A program made the position numbers and the translations under genes. The notes below the pieces were generated by a model, which did no database searches, was not told the DNA's origin, and was given only the letters and a program-made list of their open reading frames with translations. A stretch of DNA of 64,000 nt from Lingula anatina (Eukaryota; Animalia; Brachiopoda): positions 5,704,001 to 5,768,000 of the forward strand of contig JBPQGU010000016.1 of NCBI GenBank assembly GCA_051362555.1. Reading direction: 5' to 3'. Of the stretch, positions 37,559-52,134 are shown piece by piece (the stretch's first letter is position 1; every line of letters begins with the position of its first letter).

Positions 37559-40150
37559 TTATTGTACCACCAGCGTGGGCGCTGGCAGTACACATGGTTT
37601 TAGTTCCGACCCGTATGTTCCGCCGGCTCCTGCGGCTCCGCCGGCTCCGCCACCATGTCATCGTTACCGCTTCTCCTCCTAGACCACAAGGGCCTGCATA
37701 CCCATCTCTTGGATTTAGGTCACCTATAATCTCAACTCGTTCCACGTAAAATTTGGGCTTTGTCGGTATTGGGGTCTAGGTGTGGCGCTCATTGCAATGC
37801 ACCCTTGTCAAAAAATGGCAAAATTAAATGCTAATTATCTACCCTACGGAAGGAATTATGGGAAAAATTTCTACAGACGGCTTTCCAAAAGTCATATGTG
37901 TAGATTTCAAATATGCCCTTGGATTTGACCTTTGACCTTTATTTCAAGGTCAAACGGGCCAAAATTTTCAAAAAAATGAAATTTTTACGAAAAAAAAATT
38001 ATTTGCGCTGTTATTCACACACTACACAGACTTAACCAATAATATTATTTGAAAGTGTTACCCTTCGGGTCATCTTTCATCTCCATGAATTTGGGGTCAA
38101 TCGGTGCATTTTCACGGGAGTAGCGGCCATAAGATACCGAAACTGAAAACTGTCTCTAATTCGGGAACCGTTTATGCTAGAGACCTATTCTTTTTTGCAT
38201 TTTGTAGAGCATGTAAAGCCCAACACTGAAGGTGGTCTCCGTTTTTTTGTATTCCATACGGTTTTCGAGTTACGCTGTATCAAAAAGTACATATTGGTGG
38301 TGAAAGCAAAATGTGCAGTACGGTAATGGATAATAAATTTTGAACCCCGGGAAAATAAAACATAAGGCTTGGCGAGGCAGACAACTTCTGGTCAAAAATG
38401 ACATTATTTCATGAAATTTGAACATCTGGAACTTCTGAGCACCTCCCATTTCAAGAATTTCAACCCAAATGACCTTTTCTTTATTTTAATTAATTTTTTC
38501 TGTACGAAATTTATGGCACATTATTGTAACTCCAAAATTATAACATTTAGTCCCTTATATCTCCAAAACTGGCAGAGATAGGTCCATAGTTACTATTGAA
38601 GTTGAATAGGAAGTCATATGGTGGCAATCTAAATGTGACCTTGAAATTGACCTTTGGCCTACTTTTCACTATGAACTGAACTTTGCAAATGTTTGTTCCC
38701 TTATATCTCCAAAAGTGGCAGAGATATGTCCATAGTTACTTTGACCTACTTTTACCAATGAATTGAACTTTGCAAGTTTTTGTTCTCTTTTATCTCCAAA
38801 ACTGGCAGAGATAAGTCCATAGTTACTATTGAACTTGAATAGGAAGTCACATATTGGCAATCTAAATGTGACCTTGAAATTGACCTTTGACCTACTTTTC
38901 ACCATGAATTGAACTTTGCAAATTTTAGTTCCCTTTTATCTCCAACACTGGCAGAGATAGGTCCATAGTTACTATTGAACTTGAATGGGAAGGCAATCTA
39001 AATGTGACCTTTAAATTGACCTTTGACCTACTTTTAACTATGAACTGAACTTTGCAAATTTTTGTTTCCTTATATCTCCAAAAGTGGCAGAGATAGGTCC
39101 ATAGTTACTATTAAAGTTGAATAGGAAGTCACATACTGGCAATTTAACAGTGACCTTAAAATTGACCTTTGACCTACTTTTTACCATGAACTGAACTTTG
39201 CAAATTTTTGTTCCCTTTTATCTCCAAAACTGGCAAAGATGCGCCCATAGTTACTATTGAATTTGAATAGAAAGTCGTTAGAGGCAATTTACTTCAACCT
39301 TTAAATTGACTTTTGACCTACTGTACTTTTCACCATGAACTGAACTTTGCAAATTTTCATTCCCTTTTATCTCCAAAACTGACAGAGATAGGTCCATAGT
39401 TACTATTGAACTTGAATAGGAAGTCATATACTGGCAATCTAAGTGTGACCTTGAAATTTACCTTTGACCTACTTTTTACTATGAACTGAATTTTGCAAAT
39501 TTTCGTTCTCCTTTATCTCCAACACTGACAGAGATAGGTCCATAGTTACTATTGAACTTAAATAGGAAGTAATACACTAGCAATCTGTGACCTTGAAATT
39601 GACCTTTGACCTACTTTTTATGATGAACTGCTTTTTGCATGTTTTTTGGCCTTTAAATCTGCAAAATTGGCAAAGAAATGCCCATGGTTGCTATTGAACT
39701 TGAATAGAAATTCATATACTATGATATTGAAATTGACCTTTGACCTACTTTTTCACCATGAACTGAGCCTTGCATATTTTCTTGCCTCTCATATCTTTAA
39801 AACTAGCAGAGATGTGCCCATTGTTTCCCCTAGGTTTTCTCTTTTGACAGCATATATGCACCACTGACAACACATTTCAAGGAAAACCAATAGGCCTTTT
39901 GTCTAGAGAATACAGGAGTGATCAAGGGTAGGAAAATGCAAGTCAATTCGAAAATCTGCTTGATTGTACCATTTTTAGTTATATTTTTTTGCATATTTTG
40001 AGAACTCTTGTTGATTGCATTTTATAGAGCTTGTCAAGCACAAGACTGGTGAGGATGTCCCTTTTTGGAGGGGGGGGGTCCATACATATGCGCTTACTCC
40101 AGCTGGTGGTACAATATCCGGAGGCGGTATCGTCTCTCTTATCCTCTAGT
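37559..40150 (+). mobile_element. Non-autonomous Helentron/DINE-1-like element, copy 2
   Basis: Same architecture as 62-2986: TTATTGTACCACCAGC (37559-37574), a highly similar unique segment of about 1 kb, the 146-bp array, GCTGGTGGTACAATA (40102-40116), hairpin, and CTAG (40146-40149) in a T run. Confidence 0.85.
38552..39825. repeat. 146-bp tandem array (about 9 units, more heterogeneous, with internal deletions)
   Basis: Same unit as 1066-2782; deleted units near 38740 and 38992. Confidence 0.9.
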
Positions 40151-41464
40151 TTTGATAAAATTTTGGAATATTGGAAAGTAGAATATATGATCTGGAATGC
40201 CAACAGAACAACCTGCCATCTATGAAGAAAAGGAGGGAATGATTACTAAATAAAACTTTTTAGATGAAAAAAATGTATATGAGTGAAATTTGTTATATAG
40301 TTTTAATTATCATTTGATTTCAAGTCAGTATGATTCTTACAGTTATGAGAAAAATATCTCCCGTAAGAAAAATGCTAAGTTTGTGAGAGTCTCTCTTTGC
40401 ACTAGCTGGTAATGAAGACAACATTGTTCATTGTAGCATAATTGTTTTTAATGAAATGGTGTACCACTATGTGAATTTTGGATGATCCCGGATCCAAGCA
40501 AACATTGGTTAAAATAGAAATGTTCAACAATGAACCTGCAGTAATAATGCTAAGTATATTCGGTACACATAGCATTTAACAAAATCACTTTATGTAATGC
40601 TTCATTGATATGATAGAATAGACAAATTGACCATACTATTGAATACTACAGAAGGTTCAGTGAATTATCAGATTTCTGCTTAAGTCATTCACATAGTGAA
40701 CTTAAAATTAGTATTGCATGATCAAATTGATTGGAAAACTGTTTAAAATGTCATCCACCAGATTTTGTTTAATGACAAAGCAATTTTTCTTACAATGTTG
40801 CATTATACATGTATATTTACCAGTAATGTAATCTTGTAATTTAAGCTATGAATAATTGAAGCAAGAGATTTTACCCATTTACAATGCATATAATCTTACA
40901 CCAGAAAGTATCAAATGACTAAGAAAATAAATAAATATACATTGTTCTACACATTGTACAGATACTAGTACCTGCATGTACATGTATGTCCTCTAGCACA
41001 TCTGTTTCATAGCTGGTTTTCAAAAATGACCTTTTAAAAAAATATTGTTTCCCAGCCTCAGAATCCCAGAGGTAAACTGTCACTGTCATCACTAAAAAAG
41101 GTACGTCTGCTCAAAAAGACCAAAGACAGTGTTAAAAATTACCATTTATATGAAATCACTGATTCTTCTACATGATACTTTATGTGTCATCATGTCTATG
41201 ATCACGCAGTTATGTATATATAGCATCTTTAATTCATATGTAGACCAGTTACTCATGAACATGGTTTTTTTTTTAACTGGTGACATGTGCCTCAGGCTTC
41301 ACACATCACCTGATGCTCAAAAACTACAAAACAAGATTCTATAAAACAAGACGTATCGATTGTTGGTTTGTAAATTCTTAAATAATTGTAAACTTGGAGA
41401 ACAAATATTTAGGAAAGAGCCTCTTCATGGTAGATCTCTTTCTTGGTGTGGTGTTGTATTCTAA

Positions 41465-41722
41465 GCCTTCATTCACATGCAATGTCTATTTTCTAAATTC
41501 TATTTTCTATTCGCGGTATGTCTTATGATCACGGTCTGTGCCCTGAATATCCCGCCACGTAATTACTGGCAGCGCGAGCCAGTTACTATAAGTTACTATA
41601 AGTGACTGGCTCGCGCTGCCAGTAATTACGCGGCGGGATATTCAGGGCACAGACCGTGATCATAAGATAGCGCGAATAGAAAATAGATTTTTAGAAAATA
41701 GACATTCCATGTGAACGAAGCC
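41465..41722. mobile_element. Palindromic Harbinger-type MITE, copy 2
   Basis: 258-bp homologue of 31777-32035; TAA TSD (41462-41464, 41723-41725). Confidence 0.9.
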
Positions 41723-44700
41723 TAACTCAAAGTCTGATACAAACCACGAACTTGAGTGTGAAACAAGAATTAAACATCACAATTCCCCATGACTCAATCT
41801 AAGTATTGATTGCAAATTATGATAACTTCAAAGGATTTTTAATTATTGTTCCATCCAGGTATGCCGCTATAATATCCTGTCATCACACCAGCCCAATAAT
41901 CAGAATGTCATGAAAAAACAAGAAAACTTATATTACTAATACAATGAATTCTTGCAGCTGCTTTGCTGCATATAGTCATCAGTGCAGATCAGCTGGCAGT
42001 CTTACCTTAATTCTGATAGCCTATGATCTTTACCTAAGATGTATGCTATTTCCCCCAAGCATAGTCCATCCTCACAGAAATCAATGTTCGTTATGGCTGG
42101 GAAATGACTTCCTATTCTCCTTGTTCATTTTATCCCATAAGCCAATGAAAAGCTGAATCAACTCTACAGTAGCACTAGTACACCGTGGAGAGTGTCTTGT
42201 GGGAGATTACTTTTATGAGCCGTGGCAGCCTGCACATATTTGTGGTGTATTTGCCAGTATAAAGTCAGAGTGGATCAGGCTAGGAACACTTTCTGCAGAA
42301 GCGCAGGTATTGTTAGGAAGTTACACACACACACACTGTGCACGTGCTGCAAACAATTTCTACATCGTAGCCTAGCTAAGGCTGCCAGAACCAGAACTCA
42401 GATCCATAAATTCCTTTTTAAATATTTACTCAGTTCCTATATCCATTGCTGAAACCACTAGAAATAAGCTGAGAAGGTTTGATTTTTTTGGATTTTTAAA
42501 TAACAGCCAAGATCTGCATGGGAACATTTCTTGTAAGTGGCTACTAAGGAAAAAGATCTGTACCATGTTTGCGTATGAGTGTGTTCTTGTGTCTTAATGT
42601 GTTTATATCTGCAACAGCATAAGGCATGTGAATTAAAACAAGATGAATGTAATATACACTTTGAGTTATGTAAACCACTCAAGCTAATGTGTATATTATT
42701 GCATTGTTTTCACAAATTTAGATTACTTCTGCTTAAGGGATTAAAAAAAGGAAGACAATTTATAGATAATTCTTCAATTCGTATAATCTTTGATTTCCAA
42801 GTTATGGCCTTTCCCAAGTGTTTATGAAATAAAAATGTGGGATATTACCAATCTGTAAAAGTAAGCTTAAGTGAAATGTCACATATTTTCTAAGTTTTTA
42901 TGCAACAACTGTAATAGGATTTCTAATTGTTTATAAAACAAAGGCAAATTTTCTTGACTATACTAGTACATGCCATAATTGCTTATGAAGACAATTGTAG
43001 GGTACATAAATCTAGTATATGATAACACCAGGATGGAACCTGTCGTTACTGATGAAATGAATGAAATTGGCAGGGGGGGGGGGGGGGTGTGCAGTGGATG
43101 AGATCTGAGAGGGGGGCAGTGGATGAGGTCAGTGCTCTTTGTGATCCACCTTCTGGGTCTGGGTAACAGAAAAATGCATTATTGTTATACCAGGCCTGAA
43201 TGACTTACAAAATATTCAGATTCTTTAGTATTGTTATCCTATTTAGAACCCACAAGCCTTATTTCCTTTCACATCAATAATTACTGGCATAAGTTTAACC
43301 AGTTTGACTCTTTGACCTTCTGCACTTTTAACTATAATCCTCAAGTTGCAAATACAACATGCAACACACTATATACTAGAGACAAGAAACTTGAGATTTT
43401 ATCTGTCTAGAAAAAGTTTTAGAAAGCTTTCAACTCCTTATAAACAACATGCCATATAAGTATAATCATGGGCATAATGTCGGACTTGCACACTGTTTTC
43501 AATTGATTCACTACAGGTATCTTACAAGAATGCACTTAACAAGCTAAAAACACTTCTTATTCAGGCAATATTCTGCCATTGAAGCCAGCTTGTAAAGTAG
43601 GAAATAGTTTTCTTCCTATCCATCTATCCATCAGACATTGAAAGGTTTCCAGACCTTAGTTAACTATTCTCATCATGTTAAGTGCATGGTCTTGGCAAAA
43701 TGATCATTTTCCTTTAGTTACTGTAACAGTATTGACTGGATCATTTTCAATGGGCAAGAATTATCAAACTTTCAAATACATAATTTTATAATCACAAAAA
43801 TTAAATTTTCTCTGTGGTATTTATGGTGCTCTTTACTGCATAGCATAGAACTATAGAGTAGCTTGTTTTTTCATTTTGTTGCTACCACTCAACAGTTCTA
43901 ATTTTAAGATATTATGATGTAAAAATACAGCATCCGTAAAAATTCACAATTTACCCCCATTGAAAAGATTGAGTGATTACCATAGACATGTATTAGGAAA
44001 CTATGAGTAATGTATTATCAATTTTACCAGTACTTACATGTACATTAAGACAATGACACATCTTTTTTCCCTTTAGCACAGTAAAGTCAAAAGCTTTTAC
44101 TACAGGCAGTACATGTAGCATCAAACCAACAGGTTTGTTGAGCAATTTGTTGTTAATAAGGAGCCAAGATTTACAGGTACATGTATACTTGTATACTTGT
44201 ATGTGAAATCCAGGTACATTGCAGCTGTTTGATAGGTCCTGGATGTTATTCAGGGTAGTGTGCAGAGGAAGTATTATATATCCACCCCCCCCCCCCCCCC
44301 CCGTCAGTACCCCTGGGGTAATAGTGGCCAGTGTAGTTATAATTGATCTTACCTAGATGTTCAGATATTAAGACGTAACAAGTGGACCTCTATAACAACA
44401 TGTAAATTTACATTGTTGACTAATGATATGTGCACATAAATCATAGAAATGCAGTAAGTCGATTTATTTCTTTTTCTGGAGCCCCAGTACTTACAGTTTT
44501 TCATTTATATTTACTAACAGATTGTTGATAATTAAATTAATAATCAAAGTCTTAAATTGCACTATTTTGACACAGGAAAAAATACCCTGATTTTTATGTT
44601 TGTGAAAGAAATAATTACAAATAATTAATCTTGGTGCTGATCATAGATTTTTCTATTTTTATTAGATAGAAAAACATGGTATTATTACCAACTGTCGATC

Positions 44701-46951
44701 CATCCTGATATAAAAGAAAGTTGGCTCATATACCAAAAAGTACTTTTGAATTTGTGACCTGTGGTCAAACATCCATGAAAACTTTTCTATTCACCAAAAT
44801 TGTTCAACTTACCAAAGTTAACAGCTGCTTTTACCTGTGTTCCTTCGTTGATAACTTCTTTAACCTTTGTAGATAACACAGGGTATGCTTCACCTGTAGT
44901 ATAATAATCAAACTTCCAGTCAGCATGGTCTGCTTCTAACTCATGATTTTCTATTACAACTATGCTGTCCAGATATCTTGAAGACTGACAAGGAAAACTG
45001 GCAAATCACATCTAAGAAGCCACGAGATGATCACATTCAGTTGCAGCTCTAATTATCCTACCTTGTTGAGTGCATTTCCCTGAAGCTAGAAACTAATCAA
45101 AGAATCATCCGCGTTTCCAGGAAATTATCTTTTGTCTAGGTTAGGATGTTGATAAGAATCTGTACCTCATTGCCTGATTTTTTCTCTTGACTTTGAATGA
45201 AAGTTTTTCTAGTTACCATTTCTGTACTTGAAACTACAATTGTAATTGACAGATTTACTTAAACATTTTCTATTTTAAGGTATCTTGGATGGTCATGAGT
45301 ATTTTTTCATTTTCATTAGAGAAAATATCAACATGCCAGCAAGTATATAAAAAACTTGATAGTAAATCTTTATTCGCAAATCATTATCTGTAATAAAGTT
45401 AATTGGGCATCACTAAAAATTGACATGGTTTCTAATATCTGCAAGTACGGTGCCTCATAAAATTTGTAATTAATAAAACATTAGGCGTATCCATTACTTG
45501 CTTAGGTAGATGCAGAGTCATTCATCACTTCAATGGAAGAGAAGTTCAAACTGTTTGTTGAAAACACACCACGTTGAAAACAGGAATCTCTCTCTTGATG
45601 AAGAAAGTTATTTACATTTCTCCTAAAATATTTTGTACATAGAAGAAAGAGGATTCAGATGGTTTGAAAAGCAACATAATGAGCCTCTGTTTTGAAGTCT
45701 TATTGTTCTGCAGCTAATGGAGATATTTGTTTTAATTGTCCAATTAATTCAAATCAAATGCTAATCAAATGTAAAACATGCTTACTCAATATTTTGATAA
45801 AAAATGATACATTTACTATTGCTGTGTGCAAATTTACTCAATAAATTAGGAAAATAGTAAGATTCGACCTTCAAAGTCCTCAGTAAAATGAGGCAAGTGA
45901 GGACCATGCACATGTACTGTACAATATGTTTTTCATTAAAATCAACGTTAAAAGAGACTTTAATATGTCATGCATGAAGAACAATGCTCAAACCCTTTAT
46001 TGTTTATTTGGGTGACACATTTTGCAAGATTTGAACTACAAACCTATTAAGTGTAAAGTCATCAAAATCAAAAAGAAAAATGATCAGTACATACCTCAAA
46101 GAGATGATGTACCTCAAAGAGATGACGTGAAATAGAATGGGATTGGAGCCAAGCAGGCTTTCATCCGCAGAGTTAAATTGGAGGATTATACAGAAAGGTT
46201 TCTCATTTAAAATGGAATAAACTCAAGGAAATAGACATGGTGTTTTGTCTACAAAGAATTATGTATGTACAAAGTGTCACAAGTCTTTTAGTCTGGCTTC
46301 TCCATTAGTCCAGGCAAACAATCCAACATCGTCAAAGTGCCAATGAGGCATGAAATTTAAATCAATTAACCTAACTGATTGTTTGCAGGCATAATGGCTT
46401 AATGACTGAAATCAGAGAAGCATTAGAGTTTCTAAAGAAAAATCAATGAAAAATTTGAGATATGAAAAGCTGGGTGCGTTAATCTGTTCAGCAGCCATTT
46501 GTTGAGATTGCTGTGTCAATAAAACTGGCAATCGGAACTCTTCTCGTTAGTTACGTTAAATGCTCCAGAGGCATACGCAGAGATTATCTTGCAATGTTCA
46601 TATGCATATTAAAACAGAGACAATACCTACAGGGAATTAATTACTGGACTTTTGTGGTATCTTCCCTATGTGTTTGTCATATCTGTTTTATTGTGCAATT
46701 TTTTTAATTCTCTCTTATCCTTAATTCTACATTTCTTGGTAATATCCACACCCCTTTCATGTTGAACTCCAGGAGATAATGGAGTGAGGAGTGGGGTGTG
46801 AATGTGTTTTTCTAGGAATTTCTGATAAATTGCTTTAGTGTTGGTAATAGTGTATAAAAATTATTTTATTAGTTAAGCTAAAGAAGGCGCAAGAACAACT
46901 TGAGACAGGAGAGAGTTGGCAGAATATGTGATTATTGCCATTTGCACTGTA

Positions 46952-47030
46952 TTATATATATATAGAGAAAGAGAGAGAAAGAGAGAGAAGAAGAAGAAGA
47001 AGAAGAGAGTGAGAGAGAGAGAAGAGGGAG
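46952..47030. repeat. (TA)n plus (GA)n/(GAA)n polypurine microsatellite
   Basis: Directly visible. Confidence 0.9.
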
Positions 47031-47820
47031 GCACTAATAATTAATTTTAGGCTACCTTTAGTGCCTATATGCCCCTGTCTGAAGGCAAAATAAGACTCTG
47101 ATTTGTGATGCATCCAGTATTTTTGTGGTTTTGTCTTCAATAGCTGGCCATTGATTCAGAAGATGAAGATACTTGCAAGCTTACATCATACCTACATACT
47201 CGACACACATATAGTTTGATATCACTTATTTTATTTTTTACAAATGTTATTTTTTTATTTATTTAAAGTAGTAAGGATATCACTCAAGAAATTTCATGTA
47301 TAATGTTTTTATAAAACTATATTTAGTGTAACTATTATTAATAACAAAAAAAAAGGAATTGAAAAACAAGGAAAATTTGTCTTGAAAAAAAGTAAAAGTC
47401 AAAGGGAGTGATAGGAAACTTTGAAAGTTTGCAGTTACCTGTTCAACCTTTTGTGCCCTTATTTCCTCATGAGTAATTTCTGGTGGCTGGAGTAATTACA
47501 ACATATCAAACTAAACCAGCAGAGATCTCTACTAGCTTCCCCAGTAATGAAGATTTAAATCACTCTCACCTTGAAGAGATTTTCTGGTTGTAATTTAGTA
47601 TGGTATTCTTACTCCACAACATTTATATATGTTTTATTTTCTGACACTAGGGAACTTGCCCACACATTCACATATGATGAAAATATGTCCTGTCCTTTGT
47701 AACATTCAGAATTGCTGTTTTCTTTGATCTGTGATACAGACAGATGGACCATACAATGTGGAAATGGTCCATGTAGACAAATAAATATGCATGTACCAAA
47801 CATACACACTCTAGTAATAT

Positions 47821-47980
47821 GGGGCCATAGCAATTGTCCAATGGTTCAATGGTCTGACAGTTCATTGGTCCAAATGTTCACTATAGAATCTTCGGACCAA
47901 CGAACCCTTGATTAAAAAAAACGATGAAAAGGTTACCATTTTTTTTTACCAATGAACTTTTGGACCAGCGAGACGCCCCC
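47821..47980 (+). mobile_element. Short MITE-like repeat with GGTTCATTGGTCC-type subrepeats
   Basis: GGGGCCATAGCAATTGTCC ... GGACCAGCGAGACGCCCCC; reverse-complement copy at 50566-50690; superfamily not determined. Confidence 0.65.
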
Positions 47981-49819
47981 AGTAATATATATATGCACTA
48001 GAACTTGATTAATGGATACCTTTTGAAACAAACCTGAAAATGTCACTTAATGCAGAAATATGAAGGTTGTTACTATACTTGTAGTTACTCTGTACAGGTG
48101 AGATATTGAACTGCTATCTCATTACCTGCAGGCGCTATAAATTAATTGAAGGGACGTAATTGCCACTATTAAGTTAATTGAATTAAGATAATGTGGAAGA
48201 CATCCATAAACCCGTCAGATATTAAATTGGGTTTGTGCTATGGATGGTTTTACTCTTAACAGATTGCAGTGCTTGGTTTGCAATCTAGCAAAGTGCAGCT
48301 GGTTCCACTTCATAGCACTTGCTACGAGTTTTGCGTTACATGCATGTTTTATTTCAATATCACTATTCATCTGTTTATTATTATTATTCATTATTTACAG
48401 TCGAGTATTTCGGATCTGAAGTTATGCCTAGAGTACTTTTTATCAAAATCACCATCTTTTATTTTTTAATCTGATATTTGATTCCAATGGCTGCAGTTAT
48501 TTGGTAAGTGGGAGTAAATATTTGTAGAATTAAATGTAGTGAGGTTTTTCAATTGGCTGAAAGAAATATGTATCTGACTTTTATACAAAAACAATTATTG
48601 TATTAGAAAAGAGGGATTTTAATCCCCTGGGTTAACTGTGATGGGATATGCCATCTCTGCCTCTGACATTTGATATGTTTAATGGAAGCATCAACAATGT
48701 CATGTATGGGAAGTGCCTTTATTGAGTATTGTGAGAGAGACAAAAGATTCCACCACTGAAACAACATGTGATTTAATTCTCCAGCAACATAATGTTGGGA
48801 GGTTTAATTTAGATTCTACATTAGACACTGCACGTATGTGTGTAACCTAGGACTGAATTCATTGAACTCAGTAGTATACAGACTGCTTCATTAACAAGGA
48901 AACTGCATGGTTTTGTGACTGTAATATTCCTCTGTAATCTTATATAAAGGATGTTTACATTACCAGGGAAAATGGCATGGTTGCTACTTTGGCAGTAAAT
49001 AGATGGAATTTGTCTTGTTAAAGCAGTCAAACCCAGTTTTTCTAAATGTTCATCAAATTGGATTTTTTCTGAAAGTGTAATAAGGATACAGAGATTGAGT
49101 TGATTTCATTATTTGAGAACAGAAAATTAGGCAGTCCACAGCCATGAGGTGCATTTTTTCTTTTTCCTTTCTTTTCTCCTATTATCATAGTTATTATTTA
49201 TTATATATTATTTTTATTTGTTCATTATTTATAAAAAGCTCAGGTTCAAGTATTGATATTCGTGTCATGTATTAGTAGGGATAATGAGAACACACTGAAG
49301 TGGCCATCTTGAGTCCAATGACCCATAGAGTGCAGGGAACGGGAAAACTTTTGGTTCATCCATGATTTTATTAACATCATTATTATCTGGTGTGCATGCA
49401 TTTAATATAAAAACTAATGAAACAGAGTAAGATAACTACAGCTGGATTATTGTAATTAAGTTGTATTTCTAGACACATGAACATAATTTGCTTTTACTTG
49501 AAGTGCTTTGTAGAATTATTGCTGTGTTACAGCATGATGGGCGGTGGATTGGATATTAACAACTGCATTTGCAATATTTGCCTTATAAATGAGCTTGAAA
49601 CCAGGATTTCTTAGTCAAGTACCCTGACCAAGCCAAAGACATTCAGTCATGCTTATTTCCTAGAAATTGTTCACTGATTTTTTAATTTGATTTTCTCTGC
49701 TGTCTGATTGTATTAGTATTTGACTACATGGTTTGAATCAGAATAACCAGTAAAGTAAATCCTGTATCAGTCTGCCTTAAATGCCTTTTTTAGTAAAGAG
49801 ACATTTCTTCTTTCCACAG

Positions 49820-49888
49820 GTGAAATATGTGGTCACCTGGGACACAAGACTCCAGGAAGCCTCTGGCAGCCAAACCACACAGAAATAA
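49820..49888 (+). other. Candidate terminal coding exon of a + strand host gene
   Basis: Strong acceptor TTTCTTCTTTCCACAG|GTG, locally higher GC, phase-0 reading VKYVVTWDTRLQEASGSQTTQK-stop, AATAAA near 49934. Protein not recognised. Confidence 0.35.
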
Positions 49889-50565
49889 CCACCTGCAACG
49901 AAAGTTAAACAAGACCGTGTAGAACAACCCTGAAATAAACCCTGCAGTTATATCAAGATTTCACAGCATGCAATCAACAAGTGCTGATTTCCATCTTTAC
50001 ACACATCAGATATATTGAAAAATTGTTTTTCCAGCAATTTGATTTGGAATTAACATTATCTAGAAAAGTAGCTTTTCAATGTAATATATTTCATCTAGCA
50101 TTGTGTACGATGTGCACAGTACACATTGACACCATGTGGTGGTACACTGTATGTTCATGACAGAATACATATCTGACTCAGACACTCATCATTTAAGACA
50201 TCAGGCAATGTTACATGTGTTATTCTATTACATGTACGTAGAGTGGAGAGCTAAATGTTTTTGGAATTGGAACATCATACAGTTGTATTTTCATGATTCA
50301 TCAATTTTTGCTACTCACACAACTACAATCTGACATAAAATGAAATATTTTTCAGAACTATGAAATTGTAATTTTGAGTAATAGTTTATAACAGGCTCAT
50401 GCAAACAGGAGGGTACTAGCCTATACTGTAGTCAGGGGTTGGTACACGTGTTATTAAACAATATACTACCATTAATGCAACAATATTGTACCAAAAAATT
50501 AATTACAGTCATAGACATAACATAAGATATTTATTTATTATTTTTTTGGCTAGTATGTATAGATC

Positions 50566-50690
50566 GGGGGAGTCTCGATAGTCAGAAGGTTCACTGGTCC
50601 AAAAAATGGTAACATTTTCATCAGTTTTTAATTAAGGGTTCATTGGTCCGAAGGTTCTATAGTGAACCTTCGGACTATTGCTACGGCCTC
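50566..50690 (-). mobile_element. Reverse copy of the 47821-47980 repeat
   Basis: GGGGAGTCTCGATAGTC..AAAATGGTAACATTTTCATC..AAGGGTTCATTGGTCCGAAG..GGACTATTGCTACGGCCTC matches copy 1 in inverse orientation. Confidence 0.65.
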
Positions 50691-52134
50691 TTATAGATCA
50701 GTGAAAGCCACCTTTCAGATCATGATGATTACAATACTTGATAGCATTTTGCACCATTCACCAACATCAGCTGTCTCCACTTTCCTCCATATAATGTCAG
50801 CTTCAGATTCCTGGAGTCTTGGCATCAAGGAAGTACAGTATGATGGTTTTGTTTGATCTCTCAGTCATATATCCTCATGGACCAGGTAACTTCATTATCA
50901 AGTTCTTGTTACTGAATGATGCTGTCATTTTGTCTCTGCCATTATGGCCAGCCTGGGAACCTTTTATTGAACAAGGAAAACTTCAGAAAGGCATATACCA
51001 GTACAGCCAGCTGTGTCCTCTATACCTAATGGGGCAGACTTGTTAATGATCTTTTCCTCCATGTCACATATAGTAAATGCCCTGTCATTCATCATAATTG
51101 TTGCATGACTTCATAGGTAAGTAACAAATGGTGTCTCCTTACAAACCATTTCGATGGAAAAAATTGAGACTTTATGGTTACATTCATGATTTTCTTATAT
51201 TTAAGGGGCAATTATTTTTTTCACAGATGCTGTCTTTGCCATAATTACTCTGTCTGTCAATGCCTACAACTAGCTCTTTTTTAAAGAGGTGTCTGCATCA
51301 TTTTATGTTTGAGAATAGAACGGAAATTTTAATTTCACAATCACATCCTCCACACGTACAGTATCCCTGGAGAATACACCATCAAGATCAATCCATCCAT
51401 TGACCAATTTCACTTCCTGTTTTAAAAGAAACATCAGGTTGAATTTATCACTTAAATCAAGTCTTATCACAATTTCCACAGCTTGGCTTACATCACATGT
51501 CATGTCACTGTCACTAGATCGTCTTTGATGATAGCTTGAGATGCTCACAGATAAGTTCTGCATTGCATGTCCCTTATCACTGGAAAATTGGCATCATGGT
51601 ACAGACAGTTCTCCCAAATGGAAAAAGGGAGTATTAAGTGTTTGCCAGTGTAAATGTTGCACATGCTTTCTTGAGAAGTTCAGGTGAAATATGTATCCCT
51701 AGTAAGAGGATCAGTTGGCAGTTACTGTTGGTAATGTTTGCACTGTTGGCCATTGTGATCGTACGTGTTCTGTACATGGATTTATTTTGGTTCCTGTATA
51801 AAAGGTACAATTCAAGGCACTGTTTCAGAGCAAGTGTGTGGCAGATCTCATCCCTGGATGCTGAAATCCACATACACTGTAGTAATCATGCATATAAGTT
51901 TATAAACCATGAATGATGCAGTGCACCTCTTCAAAATGTTTAAGACCATTTATTTCTTTTAGTTGATTGAATACCTGGATAATTTTCAAAAAAACTTGTG
52001 AACTGAAGAACAGTGTCATATTCTTGTAAAATTTTAATGCTTTAGATGTTCTGCAAGAAATCAATAGTGTATCCAATCATGAAAACACTGCTGGAAATTT
52101 TCTTTGTTGCTCATTTCCGTGTTATTCATTTTCT

